Positions 18,288 through 27,339 of a DNA stretch of 64,000 bases are shown here, piece after piece. Positions within the stretch are counted from its first letter, which is position 1. Each line of letters begins with the position of its first letter. The notes below the pieces were generated by a model. That model ran no database searches. It saw only the letters and a program-made list of their open reading frames with translations, and was not told the DNA's origin. Origin of the DNA: Bacteroidales bacterium (GTDB lineage: Bacteria > Bacteroidota > Bacteroidia > Bacteroidales > UBA12077). The stretch spans positions 10,277 through 74,276 of the forward strand of contig JANQHR010000117.1 in assembly GCA_028282585.1 (NCBI GenBank), written 5' to 3'. Position numbers and translations under genes: made by a program.

Positions 18288-19715
18288 CTATTTCTTTCTT
18301 ATATCAAGGCAAACCATTGTTTTAGAATCCCTCAAAATCAGATATCCGTCTGCAATTGCTAATGGTCCCCACGCATCCACTCCATCAATTATTTTAGCCT
18401 TATCCAATAAGGTAAATTTAGTAGTACTTGCTTTAGCAATATTTAATGTTCCGTCGTCATTTAAAATAAAGAATTTGTCATCAGCAATAATATAAGGACC
18501 TAGACCATATCGATCTTCTTTCCCGCTGGTCCACAATATTGTTTGACAATCATTCGGATCACAACATACAAATTGATTACGCATTCCTGCTGCATCTTTT
18601 GGCAGGATTGAAAACATTCTGCCTTTATAATAAATTGGAGTTTGCTGTTCACTGGCAACACCATCCTTGGGCTTGTACTTTTGTAAAACTTCGACTGAAT
18701 ATTTTCCAGCATTTTCTTTAATTTGAAAAAGCATAGCACCTGCACCATAACCGGCAGTCATAAATATTCTTCCATTTTCAAGAACGAGTGGGGAAGGAGC
18801 AATAACCGTAGGTGAAAATTCAATGGTTTTCCATAAGATTTGTCCGGCATCATCCCCCTCGGCTGATACTCCACAAATACCTCCAAGAGCGGCATATACG
18901 TACATCTTTTTACCATTTAAAGTCATTGGCATTATGGATGAGTGTGACATTTTCCAGTTATCAGGATTTGGAGTTTCCCAAACTATTTCGCCCGTGGCAA
19001 GGTTAACAGCTATCATTAAAGATGAACCGCCAGGAGCAATAATTGCCAGATCCCCGTCAATCAAAGGACATTGACCAGTATACCAAAAAGGAACTTCAGT
19101 CATATATTCTTTTACAAGATCAATTCCCCATAACAAATCTCCATTATTTGGATCAGTACACATTACATGACAACGCGGACCAATTGTAACTAAATACTTA
19201 TCTGTAATTGCCGGAACCGTGCGAGACATTCCATGGTTTCTTTTAATGTTGATATTATAGGATCTGCGCCAGAGTTCTTCACCGGTTTCAAGCGAAAAAC
19301 AACGTAATGCATCGCGTTTTTTAAATTCATTATAATCAAGTATATATACTTTCCCATTGTAAATTACCGGAGCAGCATGACCTTCACCAAGTTCAACTCT
19401 CCATATTTCTTTTGGGGCATCTCCAAAATTGTCAATTAACGGAGTATTATCTTTTACAATATTGTCAAAATCAGCGCCACGAAAACGCGTCCATTTTCCC
19501 GTTAATAATGATGTTTGAGTACCATATTCATCAAAACGTTCCCCAATATTCACTATTTCTTCTAATTCAGCGCTTTTTTCCGGTCGGTTGTCCATTCCGG
19601 GAACGCTAGCTACAAGCTCTTTAACCGGATCTTTTGTAAACCACCACAAAAAGGACGAAACACTAATTAAAATAGTAATAAAAACTATAATCTTAACAAA
19701 CCCCAATTTTAACAT
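18288..19715 (-). CDS. Membrane-anchored PQQ-like beta-propeller
   Basis: N-terminal TM; WTRFRGADFDN; propeller blades; AWGPLAIADG. Confidence 0.85.
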   Translation of the reverse strand: MLKLGFVKIIVFITILISVSSFLWWFTKDPVKELVASVPGMDNRPEKSAELEEIVNIGERFDEYGTQTSLLTGKWTRFRGADFDNIVKDNTPLIDNFGDAPKEIWRVELGEGHAAPVIYNGKVYILDYNEFKKRDALRCFSLETGEELWRRSYNINIKRNHGMSRTVPAITDKYLVTIGPRCHVMCTDPNNGDLLWGIDLVKEYMTEVPFWYTGQCPLIDGDLAIIAPGGSSLMIAVNLATGEIVWETPNPDNWKMSHSSIMPMTLNGKKMYVYAALGGICGVSAEGDDAGQILWKTIEFSPTVIAPSPLVLENGRIFMTAGYGAGAMLFQIKENAGKYSVEVLQKYKPKDGVASEQQTPIYYKGRMFSILPKDAAGMRNQFVCCDPNDCQTILWTSGKEDRYGLGPYIIADDKFFILNDDGTLNIAKASTTKFTLLDKAKIIDGVDAWGPLAIADGYLILRDSKTMVCLDIRKK

Positions 19716-19765
19716 AATTCCCTTACAAATCGTATATTCCTAGATGTATTAAATCTAGCGGATTA

Positions 19766-21004
19766 TTACTTTTTTTTAATATCAAAAGCCATTAAAGCAT
19801 CCATATGCCTGATATATAAAATACCATTATGAATAACAGGATGCGACCAATGCGGGCCGGTACCAAGTGGAATTTTGAAAGAACTTATTATGTCAAATTT
19901 TTCAGGATTTGCATTTACCAAAGCTAAAAAGCCGGTTTTTTCTTCATAGCAATATAGTTTTCCTTCTGCTGAAATAATTGATCCCTTTGTTTTCCATTTA
20001 GTTTCGTATTTCATTTCGCCTGTTTCCCAGTTGATACAACACCAGTTACCTTGCCCGTTATTGATCCAGTTGGAGCCATAAATGTGTCCATCAACTAACA
20101 CAACTCCGCCATGATGAACATCCAATACAGAATCTACCCACGCTAAAGATACAGACTCCCAATTTTCATTAAGGTTTAACTTAACGCTTTTATGATTATA
20201 ACCACTTGTAATATATAAACCGTTATTATGGTATAAAGGAGTATTTGTTTGATTCTTCCTTCTTTCTCCTGCATAGGATCTGATGTCAAATTTCCAAATA
20301 ATTTCACCTTTATCAGGAGTTACACCAATTATATAATTTGGAGTAACTGAAACAATTAGTCTTTTATTACCTTCTTCAATTAAAAGAGGTGATGAATAGG
20401 ATGGATTTTCTTTAATACTTTCAGAAGTCCAGATTGTTTCTCCGGTATTTTTATTTAAGGCAATCATATTTGTTTGATAACCACCCGTTGTATAAATAAG
20501 CTTATCATCAACAATTAACAAAGATTCGGCAATTCCCCACCTACCGATAGAACCTTGGTATTCTTCAATTGCTTTAATGGTCCAGATAATTTCACCAGTG
20601 ATTGCATTTATGCAAGCTATATCTCCTTGTCCACTTGAAACATAAGCTTTATCGTTTTCAACGGTAGGAGTTGATCTGCTATCCGGATAACCTTTTTCTC
20701 TGGCTCGTCCATATGGAGTTTGCCATTTTATTGTTCCATTAATATCAACTGCAATAAGAACATCTTTAGTATTGTCAATACCGGTAAAATATATAGTATT
20801 GTTTGCTACTGAAACGGATGAGTATCCTTTATAAAGATTTTCAACAGACCATAATAATTTAGGTCCGTTTTCAGGCCATTTATCTAATAGTCCGGTTTCG
20901 TTATAAACTCCTGTTCTTCCTGGCCCCCGCCATTGGGCAAAATCCTGTGCCGGAACAATTTGATATAAGCATATAGATACAAAAAAGAGCAATATTTTTT
21001 TCAT
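19766..21004 (-). CDS. PQQ-like beta-propeller, secreted
   Basis: Signal ending VPA-Q; QWRGPGRTG; DVHHGG; HWSHP. Confidence 0.85.
   Translation of the reverse strand: MKKILLFFVSICLYQIVPAQDFAQWRGPGRTGVYNETGLLDKWPENGPKLLWSVENLYKGYSSVSVANNTIYFTGIDNTKDVLIAVDINGTIKWQTPYGRAREKGYPDSRSTPTVENDKAYVSSGQGDIACINAITGEIIWTIKAIEEYQGSIGRWGIAESLLIVDDKLIYTTGGYQTNMIALNKNTGETIWTSESIKENPSYSSPLLIEEGNKRLIVSVTPNYIIGVTPDKGEIIWKFDIRSYAGERRKNQTNTPLYHNNGLYITSGYNHKSVKLNLNENWESVSLAWVDSVLDVHHGGVVLVDGHIYGSNWINNGQGNWCCINWETGEMKYETKWKTKGSIISAEGKLYCYEEKTGFLALVNANPEKFDIISSFKIPLGTGPHWSHPVIHNGILYIRHMDALMAFDIKKK
19881..19996. repeat. 116-bp near-identical segment, copy 1 (copy 2 at 21123-21238)
   Basis: Hand alignment: 109/116 identical, with a 53-bp perfect run. 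Confidence 0.9.
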
Positions 21005-21007
21005 AGA

Positions 21008-22282
21008 TTAATTCTTTTTAATGTTGTAAGCCATTAGGGCACCCATACGCCTAATGTATAAAATGCCGTCCTTAATTACCGGATGCGACCAGTTTGGTCC
21101 TTTACCCAACGGAATCTGGAATGAACTTATTATATCAAATTTCTCAGGATTTGCATTTACCAAAGCTAAAAAGCCGGTTTTTTCTTCATAGCAATACAAT
21201 TTCCCTTCTGCTGAAATAATTGATCCTTTCGTTTTCCAGGTTGTTGTATATTTAGTTTCACCTGTTTCCCAATCAATACAACACCAGTCACCCTTTCTGT
21301 TGTTGATCCAGTTTGATCCGTAAATATAACCATCAACTAATACGGTTGCTCCATGATGAACATCCAGTGTTTTATCGATCCATTTTATTTCAACTTTGGA
21401 AAGATCTTTAGCCAAATCGAACATAACGCCAACGTGATCATAACCACTTGTAACATATATATTGTAATCTTTGTAAATCGGACTGTTTGTATTTGTAAAC
21501 GGGCCACCATCCCAAAAAGCTACTGATACTTCATCACTAATAGAGGCATAATCTTTATGAAAAAGGATATCTCCATTTTTTGCATCTACTCCAATAAGAT
21601 TCGATGCTAAGACATTAATTATTACATTTTTATTATTGATCTTAGCTACGATTGGTGAAGCGTAACCAGGTTTATCATTTAATGTTTTGCTTTTCCAGAT
21701 TGTTTCTCCGGTGTTTTTATCCAGTGCTACCATTGTAGTTTTATCGCCACATGGTGTAAAAATAACTTTTTCGTTAACAATTAATGGAGATTCAGCAATT
21801 CCCCAGTTACCAAAATTGCCTTCGAATCTTCTGCTTGCATTAAATAACCAAATTTTTTCACCGGTTAATGCATTGAAACATCCAATATCTCCGGTTCCAC
21901 TAGTTACCCATACTTTATCACCTTCTACGGTTGGGGTGCAGCGGCTTGGAGGAAACGATTGCATCCACCCCTTACCAATTGGAGTCTCCCATTGTTTTTC
22001 ACCTTTCAAATCCAGTGCAAATAATACATCCATGGTATCCTTTAAACCAGTTGAATAAATTAAACCATTTGCAACAGATACAGAAGAATATCCTTCAGGT
22101 AATTCACTTACCGACCATAATAATTCTGGTCCTTCTTCAGGCCATTCTGTTAACAGACCTGTTTCATTGTAAATTCCATCTCTATTTTCACCGCGCCATT
22201 GGCTCTTTTCATTAAGTTTTTCAGAGTTAAGAGTTGTTGATAAAATAAGAGTTGATATAAAAAAAATGTTTAAAATATTCAT
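21008..22282 (-). CDS. PQQ-like beta-propeller, secreted
   Basis: QWRGENRDG; DVHHGA; GSNWINN; NWSHP. Confidence 0.85.
   Translation of the reverse strand: MNILNIFFISTLILSTTLNSEKLNEKSQWRGENRDGIYNETGLLTEWPEEGPELLWSVSELPEGYSSVSVANGLIYSTGLKDTMDVLFALDLKGEKQWETPIGKGWMQSFPPSRCTPTVEGDKVWVTSGTGDIGCFNALTGEKIWLFNASRRFEGNFGNWGIAESPLIVNEKVIFTPCGDKTTMVALDKNTGETIWKSKTLNDKPGYASPIVAKINNKNVIINVLASNLIGVDAKNGDILFHKDYASISDEVSVAFWDGGPFTNTNSPIYKDYNIYVTSGYDHVGVMFDLAKDLSKVEIKWIDKTLDVHHGATVLVDGYIYGSNWINNRKGDWCCIDWETGETKYTTTWKTKGSIISAEGKLYCYEEKTGFLALVNANPEKFDIISSFQIPLGKGPNWSHPVIKDGILYIRRMGALMAYNIKKN
21123..21238. repeat. 116-bp near-identical segment, copy 2
   Basis: Matches 19881-19996; the surrounding protein segment is identical over 40 aa in both paralogs. 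Confidence 0.9.
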
Positions 22283-22293
22283 AATATTTAGAT

Positions 22294-23553
22294 TTAGGTT
22301 TTCGATATATTATATGCCATTAGCGATTTTCCATGACGTACATATAAAATTCCATTGTGAATAACCGGATGCGACCAATGCGGACCTGTACCTTCGGTTA
22401 TCTTAAAAGAACTTACAACTTTAAATTCGTTCGGATTTGGTTCAACTAACGCAATATTTCCTTTTGCTTCATCATAACAATATAACATTCCATCTGCATA
22501 AATTATTGCCCCTTTTGTTTCCCATTCAATTTCATATTCTTTTTTACCTGTTTCCCAATCAATGCAACACCAATTTCCCTGACGATTATTTATCCAGTTG
22601 GATCCATATATTTTACCATCGATTGCCACAACACCGCCATGATGAGTATCTAAAATAGTATCGGTCCACATTAGTTCAATCCCAGAATTATCATTTAATA
22701 TGTTAAACATGGCACCAATATGGTTATATCCGCTTGTAACATATATTTGACCATTTTGATAAAGAGGAGTGTTGCAATTATTAATAGGAGCTAAGGGATG
22801 AGTTATATTTTTATAAAGATCATGGTAGTTGAACTTCCATAAAATATTACCATTTAAAATATCGATTCCAATTAAGTGTGTTGCAGTTACGTTGACAATA
22901 ATATCCTTTTGCCCATGATTGATTATAATAGGAGAAGCATAAGCGGTTGAGTCATTATTAGTTTCACTCTCCCAGATTTCTTTGCCAGTTTCTTTATCAA
23001 GAGCAACCATAGTAGTTCTTCTGCCTATAGCAGAAAAGATTACTTTGTTATTGTAAACCAATGGAGATTCGGCATTACCCCATACGTTTAATATAGCTTC
23101 GTATTTTTCAGAAAGGTTAGATTCCCAATTAATCTTACCCGTACTAGCATCTAGACAGGCAACATCACCTAATCCACTTGTAACATATAATTTACCATTA
23201 TCATATGTAGGTGTACATCTTGCTTCAGGATAAGAAGCATTCCAGGCGCGACCATATATTGTTCTCCATAGGATATTGCCTTTTAAGTCAATAGCAATAA
23301 CTTCATCTAAAGAGTCCACCGTTCCCGTGAGATAAATTGCGTTATCAGCAATTGACATAGATGAATTACCCATGCTAAGCAAATCTGTTGACCATAATAG
23401 TTCCGGGCCATCAGCAGGCCATTTTTTTAATAGATTAGTTTCATCATAAATTCCATCTCTATTATTTCCTCTCCATTGAGTTATATCGCTAACAGAATCC
23501 TTGCACTGAATAAATGCAAGGCTAATCGCTATTAATAAAATAAGTTTTCTCAT
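22294..23553 (-). CDS. PQQ-like beta-propeller lipoprotein
   Basis: Start taken at ATG 23553 (MRKLILLIAISLAFIQC, lipobox-like); QWRGNNRDG; DTHHGG; HWSHP. Confidence 0.85.
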   Translation of the reverse strand: MRKLILLIAISLAFIQCKDSVSDITQWRGNNRDGIYDETNLLKKWPADGPELLWSTDLLSMGNSSMSIADNAIYLTGTVDSLDEVIAIDLKGNILWRTIYGRAWNASYPEARCTPTYDNGKLYVTSGLGDVACLDASTGKINWESNLSEKYEAILNVWGNAESPLVYNNKVIFSAIGRRTTMVALDKETGKEIWESETNNDSTAYASPIIINHGQKDIIVNVTATHLIGIDILNGNILWKFNYHDLYKNITHPLAPINNCNTPLYQNGQIYVTSGYNHIGAMFNILNDNSGIELMWTDTILDTHHGGVVAIDGKIYGSNWINNRQGNWCCIDWETGKKEYEIEWETKGAIIYADGMLYCYDEAKGNIALVEPNPNEFKVVSSFKITEGTGPHWSHPVIHNGILYVRHGKSLMAYNISKT

Positions 23554-23578
23554 GGTTGATGATCGATTTAATTTAAAA

Positions 23579-24808
23579 TTAACTTGCTGCAATATCGTAA
23601 ACTAATAAGCTATTTGCATAACGTATATAAAGTTTTTTATCTTTTATTACCGGGTGTGCAATATGATCTTTCTTTTTGCCAGGTGCTTTGAAAGTGCTAA
23701 TAACCTCAAAACTGTTTTCAGTAGGTTTTACCAAATGAACTTCACCGGAATATGAGTAAGCATAGATCAATCCTTCTGCAGAAATAATAGAAGCAGGACC
23801 AATCAGTTCTGAAGAATCTTTTACAGCACCGGTTTTCCAGTCAACTACAGAAAAAACCTTTTTATCCCAAGATCCACCGTAAATATTATTTCCAATTTTA
23901 AGGACATCACCATGTTCTAAGTCGAATAAATCGCTTCGCCAGACTTCTTCTATAGAGTTACCATCTTCTGAAATCTCCATCATTACACTTCCAAACCCCC
24001 ATCCATTCATTGCGAAGATGTATCCATTATCATAGATAGGGACATTAGCATGAATACCATGTGGATATTTTAAATCATGACTCCAAATTAGTTTTCCGGA
24101 TTCAGGTTCAAGAGCAAGAATAGATTTGGCAGTCATTGTAACAAATAGTTTTCTACCATTATGATTAATTATTGTTGGTGATGCATATGCGCTAATTTCA
24201 TGAACACCCTTACTTTTCCATACTAACTCGCCCGAAAAACGATCCAATGCTAAAATATTATTTTCGATTGTATCACCTGGAGTGCAATAAACAATATTGT
24301 CATCAATCAAAAGATTTTCGCAGAATCCAAAATATGGGGTAACTGCATTATACTCCTCGATCCAATCCTTTTCCCATATTATATCGCCGTTGTCTGTATC
24401 AAAACAAACCATTTTGCCATAATCGGAAATAAGATATCCTAACCCGTCTCTGATTATAGGAGTGGTTCTAACGCCGGGATAAGGTTTTTGCCATGATTTA
24501 CCAAATGGTTTTTTCCACAACAAATTTCCATCCAGATCCAAAGCAAAAACGTATGCAGTACTATCTGCAGTTCCTGTAATATATACCTTTTTAGAAGTTA
24601 CAGCTGCAGTAGTGTAGCCATTACCGAGTCCTTCATATTTCCATAAAAGTTCGGGGCCATTTTCTGGCCATTCGTTTAATAGCCCGGTTTCCGGATAAAA
24701 ACCAGTTCTTTCTGGGCCACGCCATTCGCTTATTTCAGATTCTGTTACAGTACATTGATAAATTACTGGTATTAAGATTAGTAAAAACAAATAAAATTTA
24801 GGTTTCAT
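23579..24808 (-). CDS. PQQ-like beta-propeller, probable lipoprotein
   Basis: VIYQC lipobox-like; EWRGPERTG; GIHANVP; HIAHP. Confidence 0.85.
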   Translation of the reverse strand: MKPKFYLFLLILIPVIYQCTVTESEISEWRGPERTGFYPETGLLNEWPENGPELLWKYEGLGNGYTTAAVTSKKVYITGTADSTAYVFALDLDGNLLWKKPFGKSWQKPYPGVRTTPIIRDGLGYLISDYGKMVCFDTDNGDIIWEKDWIEEYNAVTPYFGFCENLLIDDNIVYCTPGDTIENNILALDRFSGELVWKSKGVHEISAYASPTIINHNGRKLFVTMTAKSILALEPESGKLIWSHDLKYPHGIHANVPIYDNGYIFAMNGWGFGSVMMEISEDGNSIEEVWRSDLFDLEHGDVLKIGNNIYGGSWDKKVFSVVDWKTGAVKDSSELIGPASIISAEGLIYAYSYSGEVHLVKPTENSFEVISTFKAPGKKKDHIAHPVIKDKKLYIRYANSLLVYDIAAS

Positions 24809-24825
24809 ATTTATTTAGGGATTGG

Positions 24826-26037
24826 TTATTCTCCGATATTGTATACCATTAGTGATCCGCCATGACGTACGTATAATCTCTTATTATTAATAACTAAATG
24901 TGCCCAGTGTTGTGCCTGACCATATGGTACCCTGAATTTACCTTTAATTTCGAATTTGTTTTCCTTTGGTTCAACCAAAGCAATTTCTCCACCTTCGCTA
25001 TAACAGTACAATAAGCCATCAGAATAAATAATATTTCCGCTTTTAAAAATATTAGCTGAATATAAAGTCCGGCCTGTTTTCCAATCAATACAATGCCAGG
25101 TATTTCCACGATCTACTGATCCATATAACCTGCCATTAACTAAAACAAATCCGCCACTTTTGTGGTTAATATCCGCATTTCTCCAAAGCTCTGTTACACT
25201 TCTGCCATCAGCGGATAGTTTTAACATTACACCTCCTTTACCATAACCGCTAACTATGTAAATCTGTCCGTCATGATAAATTGGAGTATTAGCATGAACT
25301 GCGTACCTGTTCGTTTGAGTATGCTTCCAAAGAAGTTCTCCGTTATTAACGTCAATTCCAAGAATATAATTAGTTGTTTGTGTTACAAAAATATATTTAT
25401 CGTTATGCTTTATTACAGTAGGAGAGCAATAAGCACTAGCTTCCGATTCTCCCTGAGTTGTCCATATCAATTTACCATCATCTTTGTTTAAAGCAATAAC
25501 ATTATGTTCAACTCCACCAACAGTGCAGAATAGTTTATCTTCGTGAATGACAAGATTTTCGGTTATGCCCCATTTTATATTAACTCCACCATATTTATTC
25601 ATTACATCAACGGTCCATATTATATCGCCTGTATTCTTATTCATACAGTATATAATACCATAAGCACTCATTATATATATTTTTCCATCAGAAATTAATG
25701 GAGTTGTACGAACGCCATCCCAGCTTTCTACCCATTCTCTTCCATAAACCGATTTCCAGATTAATTTGCCATTGTGGTCCAGGGCAACAACAAATCCTTC
25801 ACCATCAATTGTACCTGACGTATAAACTATATTTGAAGTAACTGCAGCAGATGCATGTCCAACACCTAATTCATCGAAATGCCACAAAAGTTCAGGACCG
25901 CCCGAAGGCCATTCTTTTAATAAATTGGTTTCCTGATAAATCCCATCACGGTTTTCGCCACGCCATTGCGCCGTCTCTTGAGAAAAAATTGGGTTTGTAA
26001 AGAATAAAATCGCAATTAGCAAATAAAAATTTTTCAT
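24826..26037 (-). CDS. PQQ-like beta-propeller, secreted; first gene of the operon
   Basis: Signal ending IFS-Q; QWRGENRDG; AVHANTP; HWAHL; AAGGAGGA upstream. Confidence 0.85.
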   Translation of the reverse strand: MKNFYLLIAILFFTNPIFSQETAQWRGENRDGIYQETNLLKEWPSGGPELLWHFDELGVGHASAAVTSNIVYTSGTIDGEGFVVALDHNGKLIWKSVYGREWVESWDGVRTTPLISDGKIYIMSAYGIIYCMNKNTGDIIWTVDVMNKYGGVNIKWGITENLVIHEDKLFCTVGGVEHNVIALNKDDGKLIWTTQGESEASAYCSPTVIKHNDKYIFVTQTTNYILGIDVNNGELLWKHTQTNRYAVHANTPIYHDGQIYIVSGYGKGGVMLKLSADGRSVTELWRNADINHKSGGFVLVNGRLYGSVDRGNTWHCIDWKTGRTLYSANIFKSGNIIYSDGLLYCYSEGGEIALVEPKENKFEIKGKFRVPYGQAQHWAHLVINNKRLYVRHGGSLMVYNIGE

Positions 26038-26204
26038 AGTTCCTCCTTTTAAAATTTGTGTTAATTATTTTGGGATATCAAGATACAGAATTCTGAATAT
26101 TAATTTTCCTTTATTTTTTACTTTTTTCAAATTTCGTACATTATATATTTAGAGTTCTCGCGAACTGAAAGGTTTAAATATATATATAATTGAAACTATG
26201 AAAT

Positions 26205-26260
26205 AAAAAAATAGACTTATTACAAAGCTAAGTAGATAAATAACCTTGTAATAAAGTCTA
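26205..26260 (-). terminator. Probable intrinsic terminator after eanB-egtD
   Basis: TAGACTTATTACAA / TTGTAATAAAGTCTA imperfect inverted repeat followed by a T-run on the minus strand. Confidence 0.5.
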
Positions 26261-26283
26261 ACTGCAATAAAAAAATATAGAAT

Positions 26284-27282
26284 TTATTTTTGAAACAGAA
26301 CTAAAGCAAACCAATTGTTAGGATCTGTGTAAATTTGTTTGATTTTTAAATTAGTAGATGATTCGAAATCTCTCATTCGGTTAAGAGTATATTTGTAAGA
26401 ATTTTCAGTATGAATATTTTCATTTTTTTTAAAAGATATTCCGGATGATGAATAAGGTGTATGAATAATTAAATCTTTTTTTGCAATTAAATGCATTTCG
26501 ATTCTTGACTCTTCTTTATTAAAAAATGCGCTGTGTTCGAAATCTTCTGAATTGAAATCTGAATCAATTATATCGTTAACTACGTTCAAAATATTTTTAT
26601 TGAATTGGGCCGTTACATTTTGCTTATCGTTATAGGCGGCATGCAAAATATTTTCAGATTTTTTTAAATCTACACCTAGCAGAAATTGATCACCAGGGTT
26701 CATATTAGAGCTTAAGTTACTTAAAAATTGATCAGCTGCAGATTTAGTAAAGTTTCCAAGTGTACTTCCCAAAAAGAAAAACATTCTTTTTCTGGCCTTT
26801 GGGATTAAATCTAACTGATTTATAAAATCTGAAACTAAACCATTTACAGAGATTTCGGGAAATCGTTCAACTAAAATTTGTGCTGCATCGTAAATTGCCG
26901 ATTGACTTACATCAATCGGAATATAATTGATAGTTTCCAAATTGCCGGAAGAAATAGAATCTATTAAGATACTTATTTTAGAACAATCACCGCTTCCTAA
27001 TTCTACCAAATCAATGTTTTTAAGGTCTTTCATTAATTCAGGAGCGATCTTTTCAAGAATACTTATTTCAGTTCGTGTTGGATAGTATTCCGGTAAATGA
27101 GTTATATCTTCGAATAATTTAGATCCTTTTTCATCGTAAAAAAATTTACTGGAAATTCGTTTTTCATTTGCGATGAGACCTTCAATGATTTCTTTTCTAA
27201 CGGTTTCAATACCTAAATCGTTAAGATGATTAGTGATTTTGATATGTTGAGCTTCAATGACTTCTGTTTCGATATAGTTCAT
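26284..27282 (-). CDS. egtD: L-histidine N-alpha-trimethyltransferase (EgtD/EanA)
   Basis: KFFYDEKGSKLFEDIT.LPEYYPTRTE, VELGSG, FLGSTLGN, AYND, FNKN, RIEMHL, TENSYKY. Confidence 0.93.
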   Translation of the reverse strand: MNYIETEVIEAQHIKITNHLNDLGIETVRKEIIEGLIANEKRISSKFFYDEKGSKLFEDITHLPEYYPTRTEISILEKIAPELMKDLKNIDLVELGSGDCSKISILIDSISSGNLETINYIPIDVSQSAIYDAAQILVERFPEISVNGLVSDFINQLDLIPKARKRMFFFLGSTLGNFTKSAADQFLSNLSSNMNPGDQFLLGVDLKKSENILHAAYNDKQNVTAQFNKNILNVVNDIIDSDFNSEDFEHSAFFNKEESRIEMHLIAKKDLIIHTPYSSSGISFKKNENIHTENSYKYTLNRMRDFESSTNLKIKQIYTDPNNWFALVLFQK

Positions 27283-27339
27283 AAAATGAATTTTTACTTG
27301 AACTTATTAAATTTAACAATCTATAATTGAATTTGTTAA

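Noticed and set aside
19881-21238. Repeat pair as a diversity-generating retroelement TR/VR
   Set aside because: Mismatches are synonymous and not restricted to adenines, both copies lie in intact paralogs, and no reverse transcriptase is in the window.
1310-26037. Calling the propellers bamB or PQQ dehydrogenases
   Set aside because: Only the blade repeat is recognisable; nine copies, no bam context, no pqq genes and no verifiable PQQ/Ca ligands.
26038-26050. Strong Shine-Dalgarno as a sign of horizontal origin of the operon
   Set aside because: Similar SD-like motifs occur before other genes here (54570, 62299), and I see no obvious compositional break by eye.
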